Shown one piece after another: positions 37,423-51,420 of a stretch of DNA of 64,000 nt; positions within the stretch are counted from its first letter, which is position 1, and every line of letters starts with the position of its first letter. A model generated the notes under the pieces. The model searched no databases. It saw nothing but the letters and a program-made list of their open reading frames with translations, and was not told the DNA's origin. Where the stretch lies: assembly GCF_963921235.1 (NCBI RefSeq), contig NC_086097.1:148244001-148308000 (forward strand), given 5' to 3'. The position numbers and the translations under genes were made by a program. This DNA comes from Mobula hypostoma. Its lineage: Eukaryota.

Positions 37423-39135
37423 ATAAGACCATAAGACATAGGAGCAGAATTAAACCATTTGGCCTATCAAGTCTGCTTCACCATTCAATCATGTTTGATC
37501 CTCTTTCCCTTCCTCAGTCCTACTCCCCAGCCTTCTCCCCATAAGCTTTGATGCCATGTCCCAGTAAGAACCTATCAAGCTCTGCCTTAAGTACACCCAA
37601 TGACCTGGCCTCCACAGCTGCAAGTGGCATCAAATTCCACAGATTCACCACCCTCTGGCAAAACGAATTTCTCTGTATCTCTGTTTTAAATGGACACAGC
37701 TTTATCTTGAGGCTGTGCCCTCTTGTCCTAGACTCTTCCATCATGGGAAACATCCTTTCCACATCTGTTTTGTCTAGGTCTTTCAACATTCAAAAGATTT
37801 CAATGAGATTCCCCGCCCCCCAATCCTTCTAAATTCCAGTGAATACAGACCCAGAGCTATCAAACATTCCTCGTATCATAACTTTTTTATCTCTGGAATC
37901 ATCTTTGCGAACCACCTCTGAAATCTCCCCAATACCAGCACATCTTTTCTTAGATAAGGAGCCCAAAACTGTTCACAATACTTAAGATGAGGCCTTACGG
38001 GTCCTTATAAAGCCTCAACATCACATCCTTGCTCTTGTATTCTAGACTTCTTGAAATGAATTCTAACATTGCATTTGCCTTCCTCACCACCTACTCTTCC
38101 TGCAAGTTAACCTATAAGTAGTTCTGCACAAGCACTCCCAAGCCCCTTTGCATCTCAGATTTTTGGATTTTCTCCCTGTTTAGAAAATAGTTCACACATT
38201 TATTTCTACTACCAAATTGCATGATCTTGCACCTTCCAACATTGTATTTCATTTGCCACTTTCTTGCCCATTCTCCTAATCTGTCTAAGCCCTTCTGCAG
38301 CCTTCCTGTTTCCTCAACACTACCTGCCCATCTACCAATCTTCGTATCATCTGCAAACTTGACAATAAATCCATCAATTCCACCATCTAAATTATTGATA
38401 TACAGCATAAAAAGAAGCTGTCCCTGCGTCAGCCCCAGCGGATCACCACTAGTCACTGGCAGCCAACCAGAAAAGGATCTGTTTATTCCCACTCACTGCC
38501 TCCTACCAATCAGTCAATGCTCTAACCATGCCAGTAACTTTCCTGTAATACCATGGGCTCTTCACTTTGTAAGCTGCCTCACATGTGACAGCTTGTCAAA
38601 GGCCTTCTGAAAGTCCAATAATACAACACCACTGCTTCCCCTTTATCTATCCTACTTGTAATCTCCTCAAAGAATTCCAACAGTTTCGTCAAGCAAGATT
38701 TTCCCTTAAGGAAACCATGCTGACCTTGTCCTGGGTTGTCCTGTGTTAGCAAGTACTCCATAACCTCATCCTTAACAATTGACTCCAACATCTTCCCAAC
38801 CACTGGGGCCAGGCTAACTGGTCTATAATTTCTCTTCTGCTGCCTCCCTCCTTTCTTTCAGAGAGGAGTGACAATTGCAATTTTCCAGTCCTCTGGCACC
38901 ATGCCAGAGTCCAATGATTTTTGAAAGCTGCCTCCACAATTTCTACCACTACCTCTTTCAGAACCCTAGGGTGCTTATGTACCCTTAGGTCTTTCAGCTT
39001 TTTGAGCACCTTCTCCCTCGTAATAGTAACTGTACTCACTTCACTTCCATCACACCCTTCAGCATCTGACACACTGCTAGTGTCTTCCACAGTGAAGACA
39101 GATACAAAATACTCATTTAGTTCATCTGCCATCTA
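37423..39135 (-). mobile_element. CR1 LINE RT and 3' end, nested
   Basis: ORFs 38579..38803 (QHGFLKGKSCLTKLLEFFE), 38112..38492 (KFADDTKIG) and 37520..37789. (cataagac)n tail. Confidence 0.85.
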
Positions 39136-39384
39136 CTTGTCCCGTTATTAATTTTCTGACCTCGCTGGAGTCAGAAGAATGATGGTGGATCTCATTGAAA
39201 CCTATCGAATATTGAATGGCCTAGAAAGAGCAGACGTAGTTAGGATGTTTCCTATAATAGGGGAGTCTATGATCAGAGAACACTCCTTCAGAATAGAAGG
39301 ACGTCCTTTTAGAATAGAGATTAGGAGGAATTTCCTTCACCAGAGGGTAGTGTATACTGTATGTGGAATTCATTGCCACAGATG

Positions 39385-42300
39385 CCCCTGGTCAGGGATA
39401 CTATTACAGCTACAGAAAGGGTGGGTAATGTAGCAGGATCCTCTTTTGAGTCAATATGGGTGGAAGTCAGGAACAGGAAGGGAGCAGTTACTCTACTGGG
39501 GGTATTCTATAGGCCCCCTGGTAGCAGCAGAGATACAGAGGAGCAGATTGGGAGGCAGATTTTGGAAAGGTGCAAAAATAACAGGGTTGTTATCATGGGT
39601 GACTTTAACTTCCCTAATATTGATTGGCACCTGATTAGTTCCAAGGGTTTAGATGGGGCAGGGTTTGTTAAGTGTGTCCAGGACGGATTCCTGTCACAGT
39701 ATGTGGACAGGCCGACCAGGGGGAATGCCATACTAGATCTTGTACTAGGTAATGAACCGGGTCAGGTCACAGATCTCTCAGTGGGTGAGCATCTGGGGGA
39801 CAGTGACCACCGCTCCCTGGCCTTTAGCATTATCATGGAAAAGGATAGAATCAGAGAGGACAGGAAAATTTTTAATTGGGGAAGGGCAACTTATGAGGCT
39901 ATAAGGCTAGAACTTGCGGGTGTCAATTGGGATGATGTTTTTGCAGGGAAATGTACTATGGACATATGGTCGATGTTTAGAGATCTCTTGCGGGATGTAA
40001 GGGATAAATTTGTCCCGGTGAGGAAGATAAAGAATGGTAGGGTGAAGGAACCATGGGTGACAAGTGAGGTGGAAAATTTAGTCAGGTGGAAGAAGGCAGC
40101 GTACATGAGGTTTAGGAAGCAAGGATCAGATGGCTCTGTTGAGGAATATAGGGAAGCAAGAAAGGAGCTTAAGAAGGGGCTGAGAAGAGCAAGAAGGCGG
40201 CATGAGAAGGCCTTGGCGAGTAGGATAAAGGAAAACCCCAAGGCATTCTTCAATTATGTGAAGAAAAAAAGGATGACAGGAGTGAAGGTAGGACCGATTA
40301 GAGATAAAGGTGGGAAGATGTTCCTGGAGGCTGTGGAAGTGAGCGAGGTCCTCAATGAATACTTCTCTTCGGTATTCACCAATGAGAGGGAACTTGATGA
40401 TGGTGAGGACAATATGAGTGAGGTTGATGTTCTGGAGCATGTTGATATTAAGGGAGAGGAGGTGTTGGAGTTGTTAAAATACATTAGGACAGATAAGTCC
40501 CCGGGGCCTGACGGAATATTCCCCAGGCTGCTCCATGAGGCGAGAGAAGAGATTGCTGAGCCTTTGGCTAGGATCTTTATGGCCTCGTTGTCCACGGGAA
40601 TGGTACCGGAGGATTGGAGGGAGGCGAATGTTGTTCCCTTGTTCAAAAAAGGTAGTAGGGATAGTCTGGGTAATTATAGACCACTGAGCCTTACGTCTGT
40701 GGTGGGAAAGCTGTTGGAAAAGATTCTTAGAGATAGGATCTATAGGCATTTAGAGAATCATGATCTGATCAGGGACAGTCAGCATGTCTTTGTGGAGGGC
40801 AGATCGTGTCTAACAAGCCTGATAGAGTTCTTTGAGAGGTGACCAGGCATATGGATGAGGGTAGTGCAGTGGATGTGATCTATATGGATTTTAGTAAGGC
40901 AATTGACAAGGTTCCACATGGTAGGCTCATTCAGAAAGTTAGAAGGCATGGGATCCATGGAAGTTTGGCCAGGTGGATTCAGAATTGGCTTGCCTGCAGA
41001 AGGCAGAGGGTGGTGGTGGAGGGACTACATTCAGATTAGAGGATTGTGACTAGTGGTGTCCCACAAGGATCTGTTCTGGGACCTCTACTTTTCGTGATTT
41101 TTATTAACGACCTGGATGTTGGGGTAGAAGAGTGGGTTGGCAAGTTTGCAGACGACACAAAGGTTGGTGGTGTTGTAGATAGTGTAGAGGATTGTCAAAG
41201 ATTGCAGAGAGACATTGATAGGATGTAGAAGTGGGCTGAGAAGTGGCAGATGGATTTCAACCCGGAGAAGTGTGAGGTGGTACACTTTGGAAGGACAAAC
41301 TCCAAGGCAGAGTACAAAGTAAATGGCAGGATACTTGGTAGTGTGGAGGAGCAGAGGGATCTCGGGGTACATGTCCACAGATCCCTGAAAGTTGCCTCAC
41401 AGGTGGATAGGGTAGTGAAGAAAGCTTATGGGGGGTGTTACGTACCCCGTAACTGGGTTGCCAAACCAGCAGAAATGGATCACTCAGTTGGAGTCTGGAG
41501 TACTAGAACTAAGAAAGTTTTATTAAAGAAACAAGTAACACAGTAATCGAAAGGATAATAAATGCAACAATTCAACAATGATAACCACACATGTGCACAG
41601 AATTAAGATAACAGCATCAATCAAGCTCTATCGTTGTCTAGGGGTAAATGACCAATTTCAAAATGACTCAAAGTTCAGGTCGCAGTAATCGTTGCCATGG
41701 CGATGGACAAGGTGGGGGAAGAGAGACGGAGAGAACAACTCATCATTCAGCACAGCTTCACTCACAGACCAGCGGGATGGCTCACAACCAGCTTTTGGGC
41801 AGGTCCTTGGTGATGTCACCTGAGGTCACCGACTGTGACCCCTCCTCCAGATGCGGTCGATCCTCTGCAGTGAACCCGGCACCCAGGCAAGGGCGGACAC
41901 ACACCGGGTTCCCGCTGATCGTACCTTTCCACCCTTGTCGTTGTCTGGGACTTCTCACCCACTCGTGAGAAGCGCACCGCTTCCAGGGTCTCGTTACCTC
42001 GGGTGGCGTGTGTGTCTGTCTTAGCGAACCTGTCCCTTTTTATCCCCCTGCTGGGGTATCGCCTGTCCATCACTTCAAACAGTTCAGGGTTCAAAGGGGG
42101 GAGCCGCTCCAGACAGCTCTTCCTCCCACATCCCTTCATTACACATCTCCAGACGCTGCTCCATTGTTCCTTATCTCTCCTTCCCCTGAGGGCAGGTGGC
42201 AGACCAACTGCTGATGCCACCGATGCTAGCCCAGGCCAGCAAACATCTTAATTTTATGTGTATTCTCGTAACAGGGGTTAGCTTTCCTAAGTCGAGGGAT

Positions 42301-42883
42301 ACAGTTTTAGAGTCGCGATGTAATGATGCAGCTCTATAAAACTCTGGTTAGGCCACACTTGGAGTACTGTGTCCAGTTCTGGTCACCTCACTATAGGAAG
42401 GATGTGGAAGCATTGAAAAGGGTACAGAGGAGATTTACCAGGATGCTGCCTGGTTTAGAAAGTATGCATTATGATCAGAGATTAAGGGAGCTAGGGCTTT
42501 ACTCTTTGGAGAGAAGGAGGATGAGAGGAGACATGATAGAGGTGTACAAGATAATAAGAGGAATAGGTAGAGTGGACAGCCAGCGCTTCTTCCCCAGGGC
42601 ACCACTGCTCATTACAAGAGGACATGGCTTTAAGGTAAGGGGTGGGTAGTTCAAGGGGAATATTAGAGGAAGGTTTTTTACTCAGAGAGTGGTTGGTGCG
42701 TGGAAAGCACTGTCTGAGTCAGTGGTGGAGGCAGATACACTAGTGAAGTTTAAGAGACAACTAGACAGGTATATGGAGGAATCTAAGGTGGGGGCTTATA
42801 TGGGAGGCAGGGTTTGAGGGTTGGTACAACATTGTGGGCCGAAGGGCCTGTACTGTGCTGTACTATTCTATGTTCTATGTTCT
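39385..42883 (+). mobile_element. Relatively young CR1 LINE, 5'-truncated
   Basis: Long open ORF2 segment to 40842 (YRPP, MGDFNFPNIDW, LDLVL, SDH, NYRPLSLTSVVGK), then [22 protein letters not shown] and FADDTK with a few lesions. (ttctatg)n tail. TSD agatg at 39380-39384 and 42884-42888. Confidence 0.9.
41436..42273 (-). mobile_element. Solo LTR (838 bp) inserted in CR1 ORF2
   Basis: TGTTACG...CGTAACA termini and a 4-bp TSD gggg. It interrupts the CR1 KKAYG..AF coding sequence. AATAAA on the minus strand at ~41519-41524. Confidence 0.85.
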
Positions 42884-43064
42884 AGATGACTGTGAATGCC
42901 TAGTCACTGAGTATATTTAAAGTGGAGGTCTGGGTTCTTGATTAGTAAGCGTGTCAAAGCTTATGGAGTGAAGGTAGGAGAGTGGGTGTTCAGAGGTTTA
43001 ATAAATCAGCCATAATAGAATGCCAGAACAATCTCTTCTCCTATGTCTTATGGTCTTATCATCT

Positions 43065-44870
43065 TGTACATATCCATCAAGTCATCTTCCTTCACTCCAA
43101 AGGAAAAAGAAACGCTCGCTTGCTCAACTTATCCTCATAAGACAAGCTTTCTAATCCAGACAGGAACCTAGTAAATCTTCCCTGAATCCTTTCTAGAACT
43201 TTCCACATCCTCCCTCTAATGAGGCAAACAGAACTGAAGACAATATTTCAATTGTGGACTAACTAGAGTTTTATAAAGCTGAAACATTACCTTGGGGCTT
43301 TTGAACTCAATCCCAGACTGCTGAAGGCCAACACACCATATGCCTTCTTTACCATCCGATCAACTTGCATGGCAAATTTGAACAATCTGTGGATGTAGAC
43401 CACTAGATCGCTTTGTTCCTCCACACTACTAAGAATCCTGCCATTAATCTTGTATTCTGCCTTCAAATGCAACTTTTCGAAGTGTATCACTTCACACTTT
43501 TCTGTAATGAGCTCCATCTGCCACTTCTCAGCACAGTTCTGCATTCTATCAATGTCTCATTGCAACCTATGGCAACCTTCTACACTACCCACCACACCAA
43601 CAACTCTGCAAACTTATCAACCCACACTTCCACTTCTTCATCAGTCATTTATAAAAATCACAATAAACAGGGATCCCAGAACAGATCCCTGCAGAATACG
43701 AATGGTCACCGACCTCCAGGCAGAATATATTCCATCTACTACCACCCTTTGCCTTTTGCAGGCAAGCCAATTTTGAAATCACATAACCAAGTTTCCTTAA
43801 ATTCCATGTCTCCTGACTTTCTGAGTGAGCCTACCAATGGGAACCTTGTCAAACACCTTACTAAAATCCACATTCACTGCTCTACTTTCCGTCAATTTGT
43901 TTTGTCATTTCCTCAGAGAATTCAATCAGATTCATGAGGCATGACCAGCACCTCATAAAGCCATGCTGACTATCGCTCATAAGACTGTGCCTCTCCAAAT
44001 GCTTGTAAATCCTGTATCTAAAATCCTTTCCAATACTTTCCCACCACTGAACACAAGACCTATTGGCCTATAATTCCCAGTATTATCCATATTCCCTTTC
44101 CTGCCATCTTTCAATCCAGTGGCCAGTGATCATTGTCAAAGATGCAGCAATCTCTTCCCTTACTTCCCTTAGTAACCTGGGGTGTATCCAGTCTAGCTCC
44201 AGGAACTTAACTGTTCTAATATTTTTCACAAGTTCCAGCACATCTTCTTACTTAAAATCAACATTTTATAGCATATCAAACTGACTTACATTGTCCTCAC
44301 AACTGGAGAAATCTGAAGCAAAGTATTCGTTAAGGACCTCCTCTACTTCCTCCAATTCCAGGCATACATTTCCTCTTCTATCCCTAATTGGTCCTACCCT
44401 CTCTCTAATTATCCTTCTGTTCTACACACACGTGTAGAATGCCTTGGGGTTTCCTTAATCCTACAGACCAAGGACTTCTCATGCTCCTTTTTGTTCTCCT
44501 ACGTCTACTCTTCAGCTTCTTCTGAGCTATTCTGTAAGTGAGGAAGGTAGCTGTCTGATCCTTGCTTGTTAAACGTTAAACATGCTTCCTCTTGAATAGA
44601 TGTTCCATCTGTCTTGTCAACCATGGTTCCTTCATCCTACCATCCTTTCCCTGCTTCAATGGGACAAACCTATCTAAAATCCCATGCAAGTGCTCCATGA
44701 ACAACTTCCACATTTCCTCAAGGGCCAATCTACACTCCCAAGTCCTGCCTGATAGCATTATAATTCTCCTTCTCCCAATTAAATAGTTTCCTATACATTC
44801 TGCTCCAATTGCTGTTCAAGGATATATTCAAGTTCAGGGAGTTTTGGTCACTGTTTCTGAAGTGGTCATC
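43065..44870 (-). mobile_element. CR1 LINE ORF2, decayed
   Basis: ORFs 43287..43544 (AEKWQME...KCEVIHF) and 44576..44758 (DGRMKEPWLT). Confidence 0.8.
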
Positions 44871-45209
44871 CAATATCATGAAATTCAAGCCATGAGTTAT
44901 GCACAGTAAAAACCTTGGCATAGAACTTCCATGCGAATGCAATTTCAAACTGGGTGAACATTGCAGAATTATTTTGCTTGTACCGATTAACACTTTTTTG
45001 AGAAAAGTGTTGGGGGCAATGCTCTATTTGACAGTAGCTTTTGCCAAAAGGTATTCTGTTACAGATCCACAGCTTTTAAAAATCTGGAGTTTCAGTGAAA
45101 CTATTTTCAGATGCAATGACCCCATGGAAAGTGCCTGGAACAGAACCAGCCATTTACATGGTCTTTTTTAACCCAGAGCCTTGTAGCAGTATAGCACAGA
45201 AATAGGCTC

Positions 45210-47100
45210 TTTGGTTGTTGTGAGGTACTTGGGCTTTCAGAAGGTATTTTTCTAAGAGGCCAAACAAGAGATTATTAAATAAAATAAGAATACACGTTAT
45301 TGGAGAGGACACACTGGAATGGATTGAAGACTACTAATAGACAGAAAAAAGAGAATTAGAATAAAAGGGCCATTTTAAGTTTGGGATTGTAACATCATAG
45401 AGTCATAAAGGAATATGTCATGAGAACAGGCCCTCTACCCAACTTGTCCATGCTTGCTGTGGCTCCACTTGTCTGTATTTGGCACATATCCCTCTAAACG
45501 CGTGATGTCCATGTGTCTTTTCAATGTTGTCATTGTACCTTCCTCAATCACTTTCTCTGTCAGCATATTCCACATATGCTTGAAGAAGTTGTCCCTCTGC
45601 TTCCTTTTAAATCTTTTGCATCTTACCTTAAACCTATGCCCTCTAGTATAATAGCTTGGCTACAACGCAGTGTAGTGGGACATCAACTATTCACGATCAA
45701 TGTCAATGATTTGGATCATGGATCAAGGGTGTCTATCAAGACTAACTGTCATTATGGGCAAGGACAATAGAGCTGAGTTTTGTTGTGGTAAACATGAGAA
45801 CATCAACTTTGGTAGGGAAAATAAAAAAGGCAGAGATCTTATTAAATGGTTTGAAGGACCTGTGTGCTCTTGTCCATGAATCACTGATATGCAGTACAGC
45901 AAACAATTAGGAAGGCAAATAGAATTCACCTTTATTGTAAAAGGATTTGAATAAAAAGATAAAAACACCTTACCTCAGCTAAAAGAGTCCTGGAGAGACC
46001 ATATCTGGATGATAGTGTACAGATCTAGTTTCTCTACCTTGAGGTAGAAGGAGTGCATGAAAACTCATCAGATTGATTCCGGGAATGGTGGCTTATCAGA
46101 CAGAGAGATTCAACAGACTCAGTCTATAACCTTTTCAGTTGGAAGAATCAGAGGTGATCTCACAGAAACATACAAATTTCTCACAATGTTTGGCAGGATA
46201 TATGCAGAAGCACAGAACCATAGAGACATACAGCATGGTTCCCTGTAGACCTCTCACTCCTTACCTTAAACTTATTGCCAGTGGTGTTAGGCATTTCTGC
46301 ATGGGTAAAAGTTTCCTACTCTTCACCTACCTGTGCCTCTCATAATATTGTATACCTCAGTCACATTCTGCCCTCAGCCTCCTCTGCTTCAAGAAAAACA
46401 AACCCAACATATCCAGCCTCTTGTCATAACTGAAACATTCCATCCCAGACAGCATCCTTATGGATCTCCTCTGCAATCGTGTTTTCCTATAGTGTGGAGG
46501 CTAGAAATGTACACACTAATTTAGTTGTGATGAAGCTGATGTTTTATAATGTTACTGCAAGATCCCCCTGCTTTTATACACTGCAGCCTGGGGAATGAAA
46601 ATAAACTTCCTGTATTCCTCCTTCACCACCCTGTGTAGCTTGGCTGCCCTCTTCAGAGATCTTTGAACTTGTATACTGAAGTCCCTTTGTTCAGTCCTCT
46701 ATGAATATATATACCACTCATGAGACATGTTCTACCTTTATTAGATCTCCCAGAATTCATCACCTCATGTATATTAGGATTACATTTTATCTGCCATTGC
46801 TTTGCCAAGCTTATCAGCTGATCAATATTGTTGAAAGGTACCTTCCCACCAACAATAACACTAGTTTTGGTGTTGTCAAGCAAAGTATCTGTTCCCCTTA
46901 ATGGGTACATGGAGCTGATCATTACAGTCTCATAATAAGGGGTTGACTATCCAGGACAGAGATGGGAAGGAAGTTCTTCATCCAAAGAAAATCTTTAGTA
47001 TTCTCTTCCCAATAAGGTTCTGAATGCTCAATCACTGACTATATCCAAAATGGAGATTGATAGATTGCTAAGTTTTGCAGAATCAAGGGAAAGTCATGAT
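45210..47100. mobile_element. Cluster of old CR1 fragments on both strands
   Basis: Remnants such as RIRGDLTETYKFL (+, ~46140) and AKQWQIKCNP..HEVM..GRSNK (-, ORF 46653..46922), plus CR1-type 3' ends at ~45395 and ~46215. Confidence 0.6.
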
Positions 47101-48995
47101 TAATTAAAATATCAGATGTGGTCTTACAGACTGGTAGAGCAGATGAGAGATGCAATCCCATGGACAAAACCTATGGCCAGTTAGGATACCTCAATGTAGT
47201 AATGACCCTGCAAGATGACAACTATCAGAAAGTCAATCCAGATTTCTTTCTATATCGTCTGAGAACCACTTGGCAATCAAACACCATTTCTGAGGAGGAA
47301 ACCCAGAATGGGGTTTATCTAGAAATAGATTTGTCTGTTTGAAACAAACTCTACGTTTCTTCAATGTCATTTTTCTTTGGCAGGGACTTTATGGAAGCAT
47401 TAAAACTTGAGTGATTCTAAGTCTATATTTAGATCTATAATTGTACAGATTGTTATGCCAAATGGTTTGCATTGTTAGTGGTTTGGCTCCCATTTCAAAA
47501 ACATTCATGCTCTTATTTAATGATCAATTGAATTGATGATCATTTACAACAGATGGATAAATATTCCACTGAACCAAAATCGTTAGATACCCTTCTGACC
47601 TCACTGAGTATCCATGTTAGTTTGCATTGCAATCCATATCGCTTTCAAATTAGTATATTTGACTGCATGCTTTATTAAGCATCCGCCTTAATGAGGTCTT
47701 TTTAAGATTTGTAACTGGGACAAACTACTTGCCATGAAGGCATTTAGCTTCAGAGATTAATCCAAAATTCGGTCAGCTTGAAATGTTAAGGGATCATGGT
47801 CAACGAGAAATAAAATTCCTGGTCTTCCAAGGTTTCATAATAATGAAAACTGGACTCTAAAAAAAGATTTTTGTTTCTGAATAAGCTTTTGTGGCGTTGT
47901 CTGGTTGAACACTGAAATGGAAGCTTCAATCTGCTACTGATGAAAGAGAAAGTCTTCATCCACTTTCAGCTTTCTGAAAATCATTACTGGCCGCAATATA
48001 GCTGCATTGTAATGATGGCAGGAATTGATTTTAGCATACTGAATCAAGACTGCCCTGCATTAATGCTATGATTTAAACATCCTTGCTAGTGAGTGTTTTC
48101 AGGATATGCATGTAGAAAGAAATGGTTGCTCTTAGTTGATATGGATCTTTCCAGGATAACAACCTACCTTGCAGCACATAAAGAAAGTTGTTATCATTGG
48201 GGAAGACTGGCATAATGTTTCCCTTGGTTGATTTGCTCTTTTGCAGTATGGCTCTTCATTTTCATTTGCTTCCTCATTCTGTAGCTTCTCCTGGTGGCGT
48301 GGTTGTAGTATGTCTTCAATCTATTGCTCCTGCACTTTTGCCTGCTTTTTTTCCCCTTTATTCAAACTTGTCAGACAATGGCTGAACTCATCAGGTAATC
48401 AAAAATGTGTGGTGTACAACAAAGAGTTATGCCATGGCTTCTAAATTCCATAGACCTCCAGCACACAGGATAATCTCGTTCCGACCAGTGCACTCTGGTG
48501 ACATTAAGTTCATGGTGATATCAAGATTGTGATTGCATTATTCTTCAGCTGGAATATTTGGAACTCTGGAGGTGTATTTGAGTTGGAGCTAGCAATTTCT
48601 CCACAATCTATTTTTCAGGACAGTATGGCTCTAAGAAGGTAACTGGCAAGTGTGATTCTCTAAGAGTGAATGAGTGAGTTGAAGGAACTGATTAAAGATC
48701 CTCTGATGCTTTATCATTAAGTGCAGATGGAGAGCATGTAACTAATGAGCATGCTGAGACTGGGAACTCAAATGGTCAAGTGGTTGCTCTCCATGGGTGG
48801 CTGTGTACTGAGGAAGCTGTAATGGAAGCAGCAGCCCTTGGTTGATCTGTTTGCTTCTGAAGGAGAAACAAGCGAGGTCTGGTTTTGGAGTGATAGAGAT
48901 TTTCAATGACTCACTCTGTGTAACAGTGATACATGGCATACGCTAGCAGCTGCATGCAGGAACAGGCCTGGGGCTAGGAAGATGAGAGTGATAGT

Positions 48996-49767
48996 TTTTA
49001 TGTTTTGAAACTCCAGAAATGAATCAAAAGAAAAACATGGGAGCCCAGGGATACACGTGTACTCAGCTTTACTTCAGTGAGGCCCGCAAATACAAAGTTT
49101 GCATGACGTGGTGGTTTAAGTTGCATACTGCCGACATTTAACCTTTAGTGAATTATGTAAACTAGAATGCTTAATCAAACAATATATTTACAATATTACT
49201 CAAATATTGGTGGTTGTGGTTGTCTGTTGTGTCTGACAATGACAGGAGACGTGTGAGGGACAGTCGTTAAGGTGGAAAAGCCATTGCACTGGGGAAGTTC
49301 CGTTCTCTCCACTTCAGAAGTCCGGCTCCAGTGGTATTAACAAGCGTCAGAAACTGGGGTCTTCCTTGGTTGCAGTGGATGACCATGACGTCTTCTGTGC
49401 CTTGTCTTGCCCTTTGCTCTCCACAGAGCATTGCAGTACCGCCTTCCAGACATTGGATCTCACTGCAGATCTCATTTTCCCAGTCTGCCGGAGCTGACTT
49501 CACATGCTAGGGAAATCTCACTGTGCTTTAAGGCTGCCGGCTACCTTCACCTGGTTTAGCCCGCCTGCTGAACCGGTGTACTGGATATAGTCATTATTGC
49601 ACGCGAACAGTTACTTGGAGTCACAGGTGAGAGGTGAGTGCCCAGTGGGGACCAAAGGAGAGTGAGCTGCCCCAGAATAGTCATGACAAGCCCCTTCACC
49701 AGAGCCGCTACCCCTTCCTAAATGCCCTACACACCCAAAATATTACTAAAATATTATATACACTACA
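48996..49767 (-). mobile_element. Solo LTR related to the 18987-21945 Gypsy element, interrupted by a retroposon
   Basis: aatgcttaatcaaa...attactcaaatatt...tacactaca and ttatgttttgaaactcca match the reverse complement of both LTR ends. Confidence 0.7.
49209..49737 (-). mobile_element. Short non-coding retroposon, RTE-derived-like (copy 2)
   Basis: Perfect 7-bp TSD aaatatt (49202-49208 and 49738-49744). Shares gcagtggatgacca.gacgtcttctgtg, ctggtttagcc and cacaggtgagag.tgagtgcc..gtggggaccaaagg with 1237-1797. Confidence 0.7.
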
Positions 49768-51420
49768 AGGTGAGCTTGATTTTGATTCTGGTGAAGTGGA
49801 GAAGGATGTATGTGTTTGAAATCTGATGAGCTCATCGGTGTGACTGAAAATTATCTTGTGAAAGTATAATCCATATGGACAATAGTCTGCTTATATGCAG
49901 AGATAACATCTATAAAGCCTAGATTTGGTGTTGGTTTCTGAACCCTTGCATGTCTCCTGTGGCATAGTCCCCAGGAAGATCTATACAAGTGGGCGCTGCT
50001 AGTCATTTCATTGCACCAACATAGTTAGGGATACAAGAAAGTGTCAGTCTTGCAACTGAGGATTGTGCAGAGTAAGCAAGCAGTCAGCATGCACGGAATT
50101 TTGCAGTAGTATGATTATGAATACAGCTTTAGTGTGATCTGTGCTCTTAATAATACATTTGAATCTCCATTCTTATACAAAGTTGGCTCTTCTGTGAGTA
50201 GAAAGTGACCAATGAGGTTGAAAATCTCTCCTATGATTGTTGCTGCATCACTATTGATGTCATTTGGTTGTGATTGATGATGCTACTAAACACTATATTT
50301 GTGCCCAAAATTGAGCATACAATGTCTGTGAGAGCATAAAGACACACTAAAAAAGGTGCACAACATTGTTTCATTCTGTGGTTATGCACTTTCAAATCAC
50401 CCAACACTTTCCTTTGACATTTAGAAGCATACAGTATTTCTAGTCCTTCTTGTATGTATTTTTCCATGTGAACAGGCAGAGAAGGAGTGGACATTTACTG
50501 ACAATGCCCACTTCTATAAAGCATACTCATGATCTTATACAGACCTCCCTGGAAATCTTGAAGCCAAGGAATGTCTATCTGTGGCTCTGGGGTTTCTGCA
50601 TGCCTCCCATCATAAAGAGCATTCCCCCTGCAGGCACCATTTTTCACCACCTGTACAGATCTTTTGGATTCCCCTGAAGCATTCTGTTGCCTTTACTCAA
50701 CCATTCATTCAGTATCAATTTATTCAGTAACATTTTCCCCAGTAAGCGGAAGAGTGTTTCTTATACTCAGGTATATTTTGTGAGGAGTCAGATTCATTGG
50801 TCAAATCTGCTATGCTGCAACTGAGAATTAAAAAAATATTATATTGCTTCAATATATTGGTGCCACTCAAAAACTGACAATAGTAATTTCAATGTGGTAG
50901 TCCAAAGGCAAGTCTGTGATCCTCACATCCTAATGCGATTTATGGAAGTTACATAAAGAAGTTATTTTTCTTTATGTAAATTTAATGAACCATCTAAGAA
51001 TGCCCACTCCCACAACCCCACGCCCACCACCTCTCATGATGGAATTAACACCAAGAAATGGCATGGAGCATATTGCAGGCTGCGATTTTAATAAATCTTT
51101 TAAATTGTTTTCTTGTCCATCATCTTAACTCAATCTTAAATGACTAAAAATTATCTTTAAAAAATCTATACAGAATGATATGCAGTTTATATTGGATAGG
51201 TCATTTCATAATAATTCACAAATAATTCAAGTGCTTTTAAAACTGTAGCAAAAAAAGAAAAAAATTTGCAAGCCTCCTCCATTAGAGGAGACTGGAACAA
51301 TTAGTTGAAACTTGTAATGGTAATTAATTTGATTTGGAGAGTGGCCAGTTTGTGTGTGGGTTTTCTTCTCTATACTGTTTTTTTAAAAACTCACATAAAG
51401 AGGCAGAGTAACTCTATTTA

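Larger units (their letters stand above)
36992..43060 (+). mobile_element. Older CR1 3' part split into three pieces (36992-37422, ~39161-39384, 42884-43060)
   Basis: The sequence rejoins as ...ggcctgcactc|gctggagtcagaag... and ...gccacagatg|actgtgaatgcc... across the two nested insertions. Confidence 0.7.

Noticed and set aside
39361..40842. 493-aa ORF as a host gene
   Set aside because: It is 5'-truncated CR1 ORF2. Its first codons come from the flanking older CR1, and it frameshifts at ~40838.
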